The notes under the pieces: generated by a model | What the model was told of the DNA's origin: nothing | Database searches by the model: none | What the model saw: the letters and a program-made list of their open reading frames with translations, nothing else | Made by a program: the position numbers and the translations under genes | Assembly (NCBI GenBank): GCA_028289285.1 | Contig: JANQRF010000007.1 | Location: forward strand, 127,696-191,695 | Source of the DNA: Alphaproteobacteria bacterium | GTDB lineage: Bacteria > Pseudomonadota > Alphaproteobacteria > Micavibrionales > Micavibrionaceae | DNA: 64,000 nucleotides | Reading direction: 5' to 3' | Part shown: piece after piece, positions 9,172 through 18,248 of the stretch | Position numbering within the stretch: the stretch's first letter is position 1 | Layout of the letters: the number at the start of each line of letters is the position of its first letter

Positions 9172-11382
9172 ATGAATACTCCACCGCGCGACATGACAGA
9201 GACTGCCGATACTTCTTCTTTTGATGCGCGCGAGCGCGATCTGGCCGGGCAAATCCAGACATTTGACCCGGATATTGATATGGATCGGGTGGAAAAGGCC
9301 ATTGCCTTTGCCAGGAAATATCATGAAGGCCAGACACGCGGCTCCGGTGAGCCCTATTACCTGCACCCGATGGAAGTGGCGCTTATCCTGGCAGAGATTA
9401 AGCTGGATGAAACCTCGATCATCACGGCGATTTTGCACGATACGCTGGAAGATACGGATGCTACCCATGCGGAGCTGAAAAAAGAATTCGGGCAGGATGT
9501 GGCCGATCTGGTAAACGGGGTCTCCAAGCTGACCAAAATTGAAAGCCAGACGGCCAAGGGCAAGCAGGCGGAAAATTTCAGAAAACTGCTTTTGGCCATG
9601 TCCGAGGATATCCGGGTGCTTTTGGTCAAGCTTGCCGACCGGCTGCATAATATGCGCACGCTGGAAGGTATCAAGCGCATTGAAAAGCGCCAGCGCATCG
9701 CCCGCGAAACGCTTGAGATTTATGCACCCCTGGCTGAGCGGATCGGCATGCATTCCCTCAAAGAAGAGCTCCAGGATTTATGTTTTGCGACAATGAACCC
9801 CGAAGCGCGCGAAGGTATTCAAAACCGCTTGCAGTTTTTGCGTCAGGAAGGCGGGGACCTTGTTAAAAAAATCATCGATGTGCTTAGCAAGCTTTTAGGC
9901 AAACAGGGCATAGAGGCTGAGATTACAGGCCGGGAAAAGACAGGCTATTCGATCTGGAAAAAAATGCAGCGCAAAAACGTGGCCTTTGAACAGCTTTCCG
10001 ACATTATGGCCTTTCGGATCGTGGTCGAGAATGTCGAGGAGTGCTACCACGCGCTGGGTGTGATCCATTCTGCCTATCCGACCGTGCCGGGGCGCTTTAA
10101 AGATTTTATTTCCACGCCAAAGCCGAACGGCTATCGCTCTATTCATACGACGGTGATTGGACCGGAAAGCCAGCGCATTGAAATCCAGATCCGCACGCAG
10201 GAAATGCATTTCGAAGCTGATATGGGTCTGGCGGCGCACTGGTCTTATAAAGATGGGGAAATCCGATCCAATCAAGAGGATGTGAAAAAATATCGCTGGC
10301 TGCGTGAGCTTTTGGAAATTTTAGAACAGGAACAAAAGCCGGAAGAATTTTTAGATAATACGAAGCTCGAACTGTTCCAGGAGCAGGTCTATGTGTTTTC
10401 ACCCAAAGGCGATCTGATTGAAATGCCAAGTGGAGCCACGCCGGTTGATTTTGCTTACGGCATTCACTCTGATGTTGGTGACCGCACGGTCGGCGCAAAA
10501 ATTAACGGGCGGATCGCCCCTTTAAATACGCGTCTTCAAAACGGCGATCAGGTGGAAATTATTACAGCTAAAACGCAAAACCCGTCCCCGACCTGGGAGC
10601 GTTTTGTGGTCACAGGTAAAGCCAAATCCCATATTCGCCGCTTTATCCGCCAGCAACAGCGCGGGGAATATATTGCGCTGGGCCAGGCGATGCTGAAAAA
10701 AATCTTCCAGGCCGAAGGATATGATTTCACCGAAAAAGCTGTGACAGGTATTGTCAAACAGATGCGGGTAACCGAGGCTGATGATATCTACGCCAATATC
10801 GGCTCCGGGCATTTTTCGGCGCGCGATATTTTTAAAACCATCTTCCCGGCCCATAAAACCGAAACGGCCAAAAAACCGGCCAAAGCAACAGAAGATTTTG
10901 CACTCGCAAAGCCCGCCGATGGCGGCGCGCCTGTGCCGATCAAGGGGCTTATCCCCGGCATGGCGGTACATTTTGCGCGCTGTTGCCATCCGCTGCCGGG
11001 AGATAGGATTGTCGGGATTGTCTCCACCGGGAAAGGCGTGACCATTCACACGATTGATTGCGAAACACTTGAAACCTTTGCCGATACGCCGGAGCGCTGG
11101 CTCGATGTCAGCTGGGGCGAAGGACCGGATAGCCCGGAAGCACATGTCGGGCGCCTCAATGTCACAATTGAAAATAAGCCGGGCGCACTGGCGACTATTT
11201 CTACGGTGATTGCCAAGAATGGCGGGAATATCACCAACCTTAAAATCACCAACCGCTCACTGGATTTCTGGGACATGCTGTTGGATGTCTATGTGAATGA
11301 TACGCGGCATCTCTCAAATGTGATCGCAGCGTTGCGCGCCTCGCCGGAAGTGACCACCGTCGAACGTGCCCGCGGCAGGTGA
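9172..11382 (+). CDS. spoT: bifunctional (p)ppGpp synthetase/hydrolase (RelA/SpoT homologue)
   Basis: HD hydrolase domain (YYLHPMEVALIL, HDTLEDT), RelA_SpoT synthetase domain, TGS domain and a C-terminal ACT-like domain are present. Length is 736 aa. The exact start is not resolved. Confidence 0.93.
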   Translation: MNTPPRDMTETADTSSFDARERDLAGQIQTFDPDIDMDRVEKAIAFARKYHEGQTRGSGEPYYLHPMEVALILAEIKLDETSIITAILHDTLEDTDATHAELKKEFGQDVADLVNGVSKLTKIESQTAKGKQAENFRKLLLAMSEDIRVLLVKLADRLHNMRTLEGIKRIEKRQRIARETLEIYAPLAERIGMHSLKEELQDLCFATMNPEAREGIQNRLQFLRQEGGDLVKKIIDVLSKLLGKQGIEAEITGREKTGYSIWKKMQRKNVAFEQLSDIMAFRIVVENVEECYHALGVIHSAYPTVPGRFKDFISTPKPNGYRSIHTTVIGPESQRIEIQIRTQEMHFEADMGLAAHWSYKDGEIRSNQEDVKKYRWLRELLEILEQEQKPEEFLDNTKLELFQEQVYVFSPKGDLIEMPSGATPVDFAYGIHSDVGDRTVGAKINGRIAPLNTRLQNGDQVEIITAKTQNPSPTWERFVVTGKAKSHIRRFIRQQQRGEYIALGQAMLKKIFQAEGYDFTEKAVTGIVKQMRVTEADDIYANIGSGHFSARDIFKTIFPAHKTETAKKPAKATEDFALAKPADGGAPVPIKGLIPGMAVHFARCCHPLPGDRIVGIVSTGKGVTIHTIDCETLETFADTPERWLDVSWGEGPDSPEAHVGRLNVTIENKPGALATISTVIAKNGGNITNLKITNRSLDFWDMLLDVYVNDTRHLSNVIAALRASPEVTTVERARGR

Positions 11383-11455
11383 CAGATGGCAGATGACAGA
11401 TAGCAGATATCAGTTCTATACTGTCTGACATCTGTTATCTGATATCCGACATCTG
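11383..11455. repeat. inverted array of 7-nt repeats (nnCAGAT x4-5 facing ATCTGnn x4)
   Basis: The sequence reads GACAGAT GGCAGAT GACAGAT AGCAGAT ATCAG...CTGAC ATCTGTT ATCTGAT ATCCGAC ATCTG. The two 31-nt arms match at 24/31 positions as an inverted repeat with an 11-nt spacer. It fills the spoT-DUF2062 spacer. Confidence 0.7.
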
Positions 11456-11458
11456 AAC

Positions 11459-12037
11459 ATGATCTTAAAACGCCGTGAAAAAGAATCTTTGCCCAGCAAA
11501 TTGCGTAATTTGCTCTGGCCGAAAATGGGCTGGGGACGGACGCTGCGCTATTATAAGCACCGGACGATCCGCATTTCGGATTCAACGCATTCCATTGCGG
11601 CTGGCCTTGCCATCGGCTGCGCGGTGTCCTGGTCTCCGGCTTTTGGCACGCACTTAATTCAGGCGGCGTTTTTCTGCTGGATTTTCAGGGGGAATTTTAT
11701 CGCTTCTTTTATCGGTACGGCGTTTGGCAATCCGTGGACCTTTCCGTTTCTGTTTTATATCGGCTACCATGTCGGCAAAGCAGTCTTCTGGCTTTTTGGG
11801 TTTGGCGATTATTTTGAAGATATGCCCGGACCTGTTGCGATGGAGGATATGCTGGATAAGCCGCTTAAGATGCTGTTCCCAATGATTGTCGGCGGGTATA
11901 TCTGCGCGGCTGTGACCTCCCCGGTTTTTTACTATATTTTTTATAATATGATTAAAGGGGCGCGGCTTGCGCGCAAATTGCGCATTCAGCGTAAAGCCCA
12001 TAAAGTGGCCAAGGAAGTTACAGGACAGAAGAAATAA
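11459..12037 (+). CDS. DUF2062-family membrane protein
   Basis: RYYKHRTIRISDSTHSIAAGLAIGCAVSWSPAFGTHL followed by several TM helices matches the DUF2062 pattern as remembered. Confidence 0.75.
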   Translation: MILKRREKESLPSKLRNLLWPKMGWGRTLRYYKHRTIRISDSTHSIAAGLAIGCAVSWSPAFGTHLIQAAFFCWIFRGNFIASFIGTAFGNPWTFPFLFYIGYHVGKAVFWLFGFGDYFEDMPGPVAMEDMLDKPLKMLFPMIVGGYICAAVTSPVFYYIFYNMIKGARLARKLRIQRKAHKVAKEVTGQKK

Positions 12038-12040
12038 ATT

Positions 12041-12313
12041 TTAAATATGGTAACTTTTTCTAATATCTTTTATGGCTGAAACAATTATTTTCGCTTGATT
12101 TTTATTAACCGAAAAATTCTCTTCCATATACATCTTTACTTCTAAAGAATTTAAAAAAGAATAAAGTTCCTTTATCTTCTCACGTCTTTCAACGCTATCT
12201 AATAAGTCACATAGTCTGAAGCCAATACCGCAAACCCTGTCATAGCTCTTATTTCTATAACTTGAATAAAGTAAATATATATCATTTCTAACAGACATAT
12301 GCTTATTTAACAC
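12041..12313 (-). CDS. hypothetical protein (AT-rich orphan, 90 aa)
   Basis: An uninterrupted ORF in a sharply AT-rich 300-bp patch wedged between DUF2062 and acpS. No family was recognised. Confidence 0.45.
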   Translation of the reverse strand: MLNKHMSVRNDIYLLYSSYRNKSYDRVCGIGFRLCDLLDSVERREKIKELYSFLNSLEVKMYMEENFSVNKNQAKIIVSAIKDIRKSYHI

Positions 12314-12339
12314 ACCATTATTAAATTTAAAGAATTTTT

Positions 12340-12744
12340 GTGATGATTATAGGCACCGGATCAGACTTAATTGATATTCGCCGCGTGGAAAAAGTGATGG
12401 CGCGTTTTGAGCAGCGTTTTATCGCGCGCTGTTTTACCGATATCGAAATTGCCAAAGCCGAGCGGCGGCGCGGCGGCGGGACACATATCGCGACTTATGC
12501 GAAACGCTTTGCGGCCAAGGAAGCCTGTTCCAAGGCTTTGGGAACCGGATTTTCGCAAGGGGTTTTTATGAAGGACATTGGTGTGGTCAATGATGCGCTT
12601 GGCCGTCCGACATTGGAGTTAACTGGCGGGGCCAAAGCCCGGCTTGACTCGATGATGCCAGATGGGAAAACAGCTTATATTCACCTGACGCTGACCGATG
12701 AGCCACCGATTGCAAAGGCTTTTGTGATTATCGAAGCGCTTTAA
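12340..12744 (+). CDS. acpS: holo-[acyl-carrier-protein] synthase
   Basis: [16 protein letters not shown]... [14 protein letters not shown] is the classic AcpS sequence. Length is 134 aa. Confidence 0.9.
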   Translation: MMIIGTGSDLIDIRRVEKVMARFEQRFIARCFTDIEIAKAERRRGGGTHIATYAKRFAAKEACSKALGTGFSQGVFMKDIGVVNDALGRPTLELTGGAKARLDSMMPDGKTAYIHLTLTDEPPIAKAFVIIEAL

Positions 12745-13769
12745 TCCTGCGCCGCAAGATGATCTGCAATCACAGCTGCGCCTTTGGGTGTGACATGCCC
12801 GTCCAGCGGATAATAATAATCCTGGATATTCCCGCTTTTTAGTAACGCATCCCCTGTACCTCTTATACGAAATTTTTCCGGCAGGATGGATTGTATGTCT
12901 TCTTGCGTTTGCACGTAAGAGACGCGCAGCAAATCCTGAATAGGATGTACAAGAATAATCTGTACAGAAAAACCATGTTTTCTGGATAGCTCTTCCAGCC
13001 GCAAAAGATGATCCTGCGTGGCTTTCAGGGCTTCGATCTTTTCGTTTTCTTCTAAGCCCGGGGCCATAATACTTTTAATCGCCGGGCCGAAAACATAAAA
13101 GGTCAGGCGCGCGAGGTTGGACGATCCTAAAATCGCTTTACGCCATTCAAAGGCGTAGGCAGCGATACCGGGCTTCACTTCAACTTCTGTGCTTTGTGCA
13201 GGCGAGGAAGCCTGTTGCGCCCGCCGCGCATCATATAAGTTATCTGTTAAGTCATTGCCGCCAAACTGCACGGTCGTCATCACATTCATAATCAGAAAAA
13301 CCTGGCGTGGGCGTGCGCGTTCTTCTTTGAAATAGGCTTCAAGCAAATCAAGCTGCATGCCTGTCGACGTGCCGGGCCGGGCGAGATTGATGCAGCGCAG
13401 GTTTTTTTGTGCGCAATAGAGATAGGGAATGGTTTCTTCATCGGCCAGGCCAATCCCGTAAGTCATGGAATCGCCGATAAAAATCAGATCAGGCCTGCGC
13501 GGATCCATAAAGCCATTGGATGGTCCCCGGAACCCCCGCGCCGTATGGGTTGTGCGTTTTTCAAATTCCTGCGTTTTTTGCACAAATGCGAGACCCGGTG
13601 TCAGGCCGTATGCCCCGCCCGTGACCGGGTGGATCGGCGCGCCGTCTTGGTCAAAATATTTATGACCATATTCAATCGGGTATATCAGGCGCGATGCACC
13701 TTCGGCCAAAAGCCCGGCAATCAGGAGCGCAGCAAAAAAAAGGGCTGTATTTTTAAGCATATTGTGCAT
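12741..13769 (-). CDS. SGNH/GDSL-like hydrolase family protein with N-terminal TM anchor
   Basis: An N-terminal hydrophobic helix and an FIGDSMTYG (GDS block I) motif are present. The family assignment is tentative. Confidence 0.55.
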   Translation of the reverse strand: MHNMLKNTALFFAALLIAGLLAEGASRLIYPIEYGHKYFDQDGAPIHPVTGGAYGLTPGLAFVQKTQEFEKRTTHTARGFRGPSNGFMDPRRPDLIFIGDSMTYGIGLADEETIPYLYCAQKNLRCINLARPGTSTGMQLDLLEAYFKEERARPRQVFLIMNVMTTVQFGGNDLTDNLYDARRAQQASSPAQSTEVEVKPGIAAYAFEWRKAILGSSNLARLTFYVFGPAIKSIMAPGLEENEKIEALKATQDHLLRLEELSRKHGFSVQIILVHPIQDLLRVSYVQTQEDIQSILPEKFRIRGTGDALLKSGNIQDYYYPLDGHVTPKGAAVIADHLAAQD

Positions 13770-13835
13770 TTATACGGCTTTAAAACGCTTGGAGGCTGGC
13801 TTTTGGCAAGGGCCTCGGTTAAGAGTTAAGTTGAT

Positions 13836-14693
13836 ATGACACAAGAGCAGGAAAAAGACCAGACGCAAAGTGGCAGCTATGACCTGAAAGCCCGCCAGCT
13901 TCAGGTTGGCAGCCGTCCGATGCGCGCCGAGAAAGAAGCCCGCGAAGCGGAAAAAAGCGAAATGGGCGAATTTTTTAAAACCGCTATTATTGCCGTGCTT
14001 TTGGCGATGTTGATCCGCAGTTTTTTGTATGAGCCGTTTAACATCCCGTCCGGGTCCATGCTGCCGACGTTGAAAATCGGGGATTATTTATTCGTCAGCA
14101 AACCGTCTTACGGCTACAGCCAATATTCTTTCCCCCTTGGTGTGATTAAATTTGAGGGGCGCGAATTTTCAGCCGAGCCTTTGCGCGGGGATGTCGTGGT
14201 GTTCAAGCTTCCGACCAATCCGTCGATTGATTATATCAAGCGTGTTGTCGCTATGCCCGGGGAGCGCGTGCAGGTGATTAACGGACGGCTTTATATTAAT
14301 AATCAAATCGTGCCGCGTGAGCCTGTGGGCCTTAAAAAAGTTGATAACGGGTACGGCATTGAAGATACGATGATGGAATATATCGAAACGCTGCCCGGCG
14401 GTGTAATGCACCGCATTTACGAAGAAAGCGACCAGGAAGGGCTGGATAATACCGGAGAGTTCCAGGTTCCGGCCGGGCATTATTTTGTCATGGGCGATAA
14501 CCGCGATAATTCACAAGATAGCCGCGTGCCGGACCTGGTCGGGTTCGTCCCGTTTGAGAACCTGGTTGGACGGGCAGATATTTTGTTCTTTTCCATTGAT
14601 GAAACGGCTGATCTGTTTAAACCCTGGACATGGCCGGGCGCGATCCGCTATGGCCGGATTTTAGACGGGATCGGCCCGGTGCGCCCGGAATAG
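13836..14693 (+). CDS. lepB: signal peptidase I
   Basis: The IPSGSMLPTL catalytic Ser box, the YIKRVVAMPGE Lys box and the GDNRDNSQDSR box are all present. Confidence 0.92.
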   Translation: MTQEQEKDQTQSGSYDLKARQLQVGSRPMRAEKEAREAEKSEMGEFFKTAIIAVLLAMLIRSFLYEPFNIPSGSMLPTLKIGDYLFVSKPSYGYSQYSFPLGVIKFEGREFSAEPLRGDVVVFKLPTNPSIDYIKRVVAMPGERVQVINGRLYINNQIVPREPVGLKKVDNGYGIEDTMMEYIETLPGGVMHRIYEESDQEGLDNTGEFQVPAGHYFVMGDNRDNSQDSRVPDLVGFVPFENLVGRADILFFSIDETADLFKPWTWPGAIRYGRILDGIGPVRPE

Positions 14694-14695
14694 AT

Positions 14696-15385
14696 ATGCC
14701 TGTCGCCGCTCACAATAAAGATCAGCTTGAAGCGCTTCAAAACGTGATCGGCTATACATTTGGCGATCTGCACTGGCTGGAACGGGCAATGACTCATTCC
14801 AGCACGGCTGAAGATTATAATTATGAACGGCTTGAATTTCTGGGCGACCGGGTATTGGGCCTTGTGATGGCACAGGCCTTGTTCGAAACTTTTCCAAAAG
14901 AGCGTGAAGGCGGTCTTGCCAAACGCCATGCGGCGCTGGTGCAGGGTCGTACATTGGCGGTGATTGCCACCTTAAACCATCTGGGCGATTATATTATTTT
15001 GTCTGAGGCGGAACGCAAAGCCGGCGGGGCGGAAAATGAAAATATCCTGGCCGATATTTTGGAATCTCTGATTGGGGCGATTTTCATTGATGGCGGCTAT
15101 GACCCGGCGCGTGATTTTATCCTGCGCTTTTGGGGCGATAATATTGAAACCCTCACCGAAGCGCCGATGGATCCGAAAACAGAGCTTCAGGAATGGGTGC
15201 AGGCGCAATCCCTGCCGTTGCCGGCCTATGAGATGATTGATAAGCAGGGACCGGATCATGCCCCGCTTTTTACCATTGAACTGCGTATTGACGGACAGGA
15301 CCCGCTCACGGCGGAAGGGCCATCGCGCAGGCAGGCGGAAAAAACGGCTGCGCGCAAGATGCTCTCCAGATTAAAAAATGACTGA
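14696..15385 (+). CDS. rnc: ribonuclease III
   Basis: The ERLEFLGDRVLG signature and a C-terminal dsRBD are present. The start is taken at ATG 14696, just after the lepB stop. The ORF track starts at 14630 inside lepB. Confidence 0.92.
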   Translation: MPVAAHNKDQLEALQNVIGYTFGDLHWLERAMTHSSTAEDYNYERLEFLGDRVLGLVMAQALFETFPKEREGGLAKRHAALVQGRTLAVIATLNHLGDYIILSEAERKAGGAENENILADILESLIGAIFIDGGYDPARDFILRFWGDNIETLTEAPMDPKTELQEWVQAQSLPLPAYEMIDKQGPDHAPLFTIELRIDGQDPLTAEGPSRRQAEKTAARKMLSRLKND

Positions 15386-16292
15386 CGCGGCGCAAACAAA
15401 ATGTGCCACGATCGCCGTGATCGGCGCGCCCAATGCAGGCAAGTCGACATTGGTCAATCAGCTCACGGGTACAAAAGTCTCTATCGTTTCCCCGAAAGTA
15501 CAAACGACACGCACCCGCGTGGTCGGGATTGCCATGCAAGGCAACGCACAAATTATCCTGATCGATACGCCGGGGATTTTTAACGCCAGTCAAAATAAAA
15601 AGCTTGAAAAAGCGATTGTCCAAAATGCCTGGGAAGGCATAGAGGGCGTCGATGGGATTTGTATCATTGTGGATGCAGCGCGCCCGCGCCATGAGGAAAC
15701 ACAGCTTATTTTAAAGGCACTTCAGGACCGGAAAAGCCAGCCTGTTTTTCTGGTGCTGAACAAGACGGATAAAGCCAAAAAAGAAGAGCTGATAGAGCTG
15801 ACAGCGCAGCTCAATAAAGCTTTTGATTTTGACAGAACCTTTATGGTTTCTGCCTTGTCCGGGGATGGCACGCAGGATCTTTTAAATATGCTGATGGAAA
15901 TCGCGCCGGACGGGCCTTTTTTATATCCCGAAGATCAGGCCGGCGATATGCCTGAAATTTTACTGGCGGCGGAAATTACCCGTGAAAAATGTTTTTTAAA
16001 ACTGAAAGAGGAACTTCCTTATGCGCTGACGGTTGAAACGGAAAGCTGGGAGCGTTTTGAGAATGGGGATCTGAAACTCGCCCAGATTATTCTGACAAGC
16101 CGGGAGTCCCATAAAAAAATTATTCTGGGCAAAGGCGGGGCGATGATTAAGTCTATTGGCAGTGCAGCGCGGCAGGAGCTGCAGGAAATTTTAGAATGCA
16201 CAGTCCACCTCAACCTGTTTGTGAAGGTTCGTGATAACTGGATGGATAAACAAGAACATTTTGCTCTTTGGGGCCTTGATCCATCCGCCTAG
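15378..16292 (+). CDS. era: GTPase Era
   Basis: G1 GAPNAGKST, G3 DTPG, G4 NKTD and a C-terminal KH domain are present. It overlaps the rnc stop by 8 nt. Confidence 0.95.
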   Translation: MTDAAQTKCATIAVIGAPNAGKSTLVNQLTGTKVSIVSPKVQTTRTRVVGIAMQGNAQIILIDTPGIFNASQNKKLEKAIVQNAWEGIEGVDGICIIVDAARPRHEETQLILKALQDRKSQPVFLVLNKTDKAKKEELIELTAQLNKAFDFDRTFMVSALSGDGTQDLLNMLMEIAPDGPFLYPEDQAGDMPEILLAAEITREKCFLKLKEELPYALTVETESWERFENGDLKLAQIILTSRESHKKIILGKGGAMIKSIGSAARQELQEILECTVHLNLFVKVRDNWMDKQEHFALWGLDPSA

Positions 16293-16326
16293 AAAAATTT
16301 TCGTCAAGGCTAAAAATCTCTTTTTA

Positions 16327-16335
16327 TGTGGATAA
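16327..16335 (-). promoter_or_regulatory. consensus DnaA box (TTATCCACA on minus strand) upstream of gcrA
   Basis: TGTGGATAA at 16327-16335 is a perfect reverse complement of TTATCCACA. It lies 135 nt upstream of the gcrA ATG. Confidence 0.5.
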
Positions 16336-16350
16336 CGAATCACTGATTCG
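16336..16350. promoter_or_regulatory. palindrome CGAATCA-C-TGATTCG carrying two GANTC (CcrM-type) sites
   Basis: A perfect 7-bp inverted repeat. It contains GAATC at 16337-16341 and GATTC at 16345-16349. Two more GANTC sites lie at 16371-16375 and 16451-16455. Confidence 0.5.
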
Positions 16351-16469
16351 CATGCTTGTCTTTCCCCGGTGACTCTGCCCTGTTACAGTCCTTCCTATCA
16401 TCAAATAAATGAAAATGTTTTGGGCGGTGTCTGGCGCTCTTAGTGTGGTGGAGTCAAGGAGAATAAGTT

Positions 16470-16964
16470 ATGAGTTGGACCGATGAGCGGGTCAATCTTT
16501 TAAAGCAGCTTTGGGGTGAAGGCAAAACAGCCGCTGAAATTGCAAAGGTTTTAGGTGAGGGTGTAACGCGTAATGCCGTAATCGGAAAAGCGCACCGTCT
16601 GAAATTATCCAGCCGAGCCTCCCCGATTCAGCAAAATAAGAAAAGCACAAAAAGCGCTTCTGCTGCGGATCGTCCGAAAATCCGTAAAGAGCCTGTTGTT
16701 AAAAATATCAATTTTAAAGGTAAGCAAGTTGCGCTGGCCGATCTTGGTCCGAAAGATTGCCGCTGGCCGAATGGCGACCCGCGCGATAAAGAAAATTTTT
16801 CCTTTTGCGGCTGTCCGGTGGTTGAAGGCCTGCCTTATTGTGAAGAGCATGCCAAGATCGCTTATCAACTGGTCTCCCGCAGTAAGGTGATCAATGTCGA
16901 TCATCTGGATGATCAGGCCGGCACGCCACAGGATTTCGATATTAAACATGCGGCCAATGGCTGA
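16470..16964 (+). CDS. gcrA: cell-cycle transcriptional regulator GcrA
   Basis: MSWTDERVNLLKQLWGEGKTAAEIAKVLGEGVTRNAVIGKAHRLKL is the conserved GcrA N-terminus. The C-terminal CRWP...FCG motif is also present. Confidence 0.92.
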   Translation: MSWTDERVNLLKQLWGEGKTAAEIAKVLGEGVTRNAVIGKAHRLKLSSRASPIQQNKKSTKSASAADRPKIRKEPVVKNINFKGKQVALADLGPKDCRWPNGDPRDKENFSFCGCPVVEGLPYCEEHAKIAYQLVSRSKVINVDHLDDQAGTPQDFDIKHAANG

Positions 16965-17037
16965 TTATCTAAGATTTGGGGATAGATCTTAGACGACCGG
17001 CTTTTCTCCTCCTTTCGTTTTAAACCGCATGCTTCCT

Positions 17038-17074
17038 GCCGCTCTCCCGAAAACCGCCGGAGAGCGGCTTTTTT
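17038..17074 (+). terminator. rho-independent terminator after gcrA
   Basis: GCCGCTCTCC / GGAGAGCGGC form a 10-bp stem with an 11-nt loop, followed by TTTTTT. Confidence 0.75.
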
Positions 17075-17159
17075 CTTTACTTTTAAGGGGATATGGCGTT
17101 TGATACGCGGGGTGTGAAAAGCTCATCCATATCTAATTAAAATACGTAAAAAATCATAG

Positions 17160-18248
17160 ATGCCCCGTTCTGTTTTTATTGCCGTTTTTATTGCGCTGGC
17201 CGCTCTGCTCTGGATCGGCTCGGGGTTTATTGGCGGAAATTCTGCCGGTCCTGAAACGCAAGACTCTGCCGCCGCGCCGGAGGTAAATGAACAAGGCCTT
17301 ATGCAGGTACGTGTTCGTGAAAGCACAGCCCAGCCTATGCGCGATGAAGTAACAGTGACAGGCCGGACACGGGCCTCACGCACAGTTGATATTCGCGCTG
17401 AGACCGCCGGGCAGGTCTCAGAGCTTTTAGCTGAAAAAGGCGATGTGGTTGAAGAAGGTCAGGTAATTGCAAAGCTGGAATTGCGTGACCGGGCGGCCCG
17501 CGTGGCCGAAGCACAGCAGCTTGTCAATCAGCGTACTATTCAATATAAAGCCGCGCAGCAACTGGCCAGTAAAGGGTTTAACTCGCAAGTGAGGCTGGCC
17601 GAAGCGCGCGCCGAACTGGAAGCCGCGCGTGCGCAACTGAAAGAAGCACGCGTCGATCTGTCCAAAATCAATATTAAGGCGCCGTTTGACGGGGTGATTA
17701 ATGAACAATTTATTGAGCTTGGAGATTATCTGTCTGTCGGCGATCAGGTCTTTTCCTTTGTCGATCTGGACCCGATTGAGGTGGAAGGGTTTTTGACTGA
17801 AAACCAGGTCGTGCAGGTGCAGGTCGGTTATGAAGCGATTGCTGAGCTTCTTACCGATCGCAGCGTTAAAGGCACACTGACTTATATTGCACCGGTTGCC
17901 AATGCGGAAACGCGTACTTTTCCGGTCGAGATGCAGGCCCCGAATGAGCAGCATGATATTAAAGAAGGTTTGACGGCCGAGATTAAAATCCCGCTGGCCG
18001 AACGCAAAGCGCATAAGGTTTCGCCTTCTATTCTCTCGCTGGCCGATGACGGGACGGTCGGGATTAAAACAGTGGACGATCAGGATGTTGTGCGCTTTAC
18101 AAAAATCAGAATGCTCAAAGATACGCCTGAGCATCTGTGGGTTGACGGTTTGCCGGAAACGGTACGCATTATCACGGTCGGGCAGGAATTTGTCGTTCCC
18201 GGCCAGCCGGTTGAGCCGATTGCCGCCACGGGAGACGGCTTGCTATGA
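17160..18248 (+). CDS. RND efflux periplasmic adaptor (membrane fusion protein, HlyD family)
   Basis: An N-terminal anchor, a coiled-coil hairpin (AEARAELEAARAQLKEARVDL) and beta-barrel segments are present. It overlaps the downstream RND pump gene by 4 nt. Confidence 0.9.
   Translation: MPRSVFIAVFIALAALLWIGSGFIGGNSAGPETQDSAAAPEVNEQGLMQVRVRESTAQPMRDEVTVTGRTRASRTVDIRAETAGQVSELLAEKGDVVEEGQVIAKLELRDRAARVAEAQQLVNQRTIQYKAAQQLASKGFNSQVRLAEARAELEAARAQLKEARVDLSKINIKAPFDGVINEQFIELGDYLSVGDQVFSFVDLDPIEVEGFLTENQVVQVQVGYEAIAELLTDRSVKGTLTYIAPVANAETRTFPVEMQAPNEQHDIKEGLTAEIKIPLAERKAHKVSPSILSLADDGTVGIKTVDDQDVVRFTKIRMLKDTPEHLWVDGLPETVRIITVGQEFVVPGQPVEPIAATGDGLL

Noticed and set aside
9076-11145. Long antisense ORFs (225 aa at 9076-9753, 207 aa at 10522-11145 and others) within spoT
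   Set aside because: The SpoT/Rel translation is unambiguous on the plus strand. The antisense products show no family features.
12741-12744. Convergent acpS and SGNH-hydrolase stop codons sharing the palindrome TTAA
   Set aside because: It is real but trivial. Overlapping convergent stops occur by chance and imply nothing by themselves.
17427-18134. 235-aa minus-strand ORF opposite the RND adaptor gene
   Set aside because: It is fully embedded antisense in a well-supported MFP gene, with no recognisable motifs. Such ORFs arise in regions depleted of stop codons.
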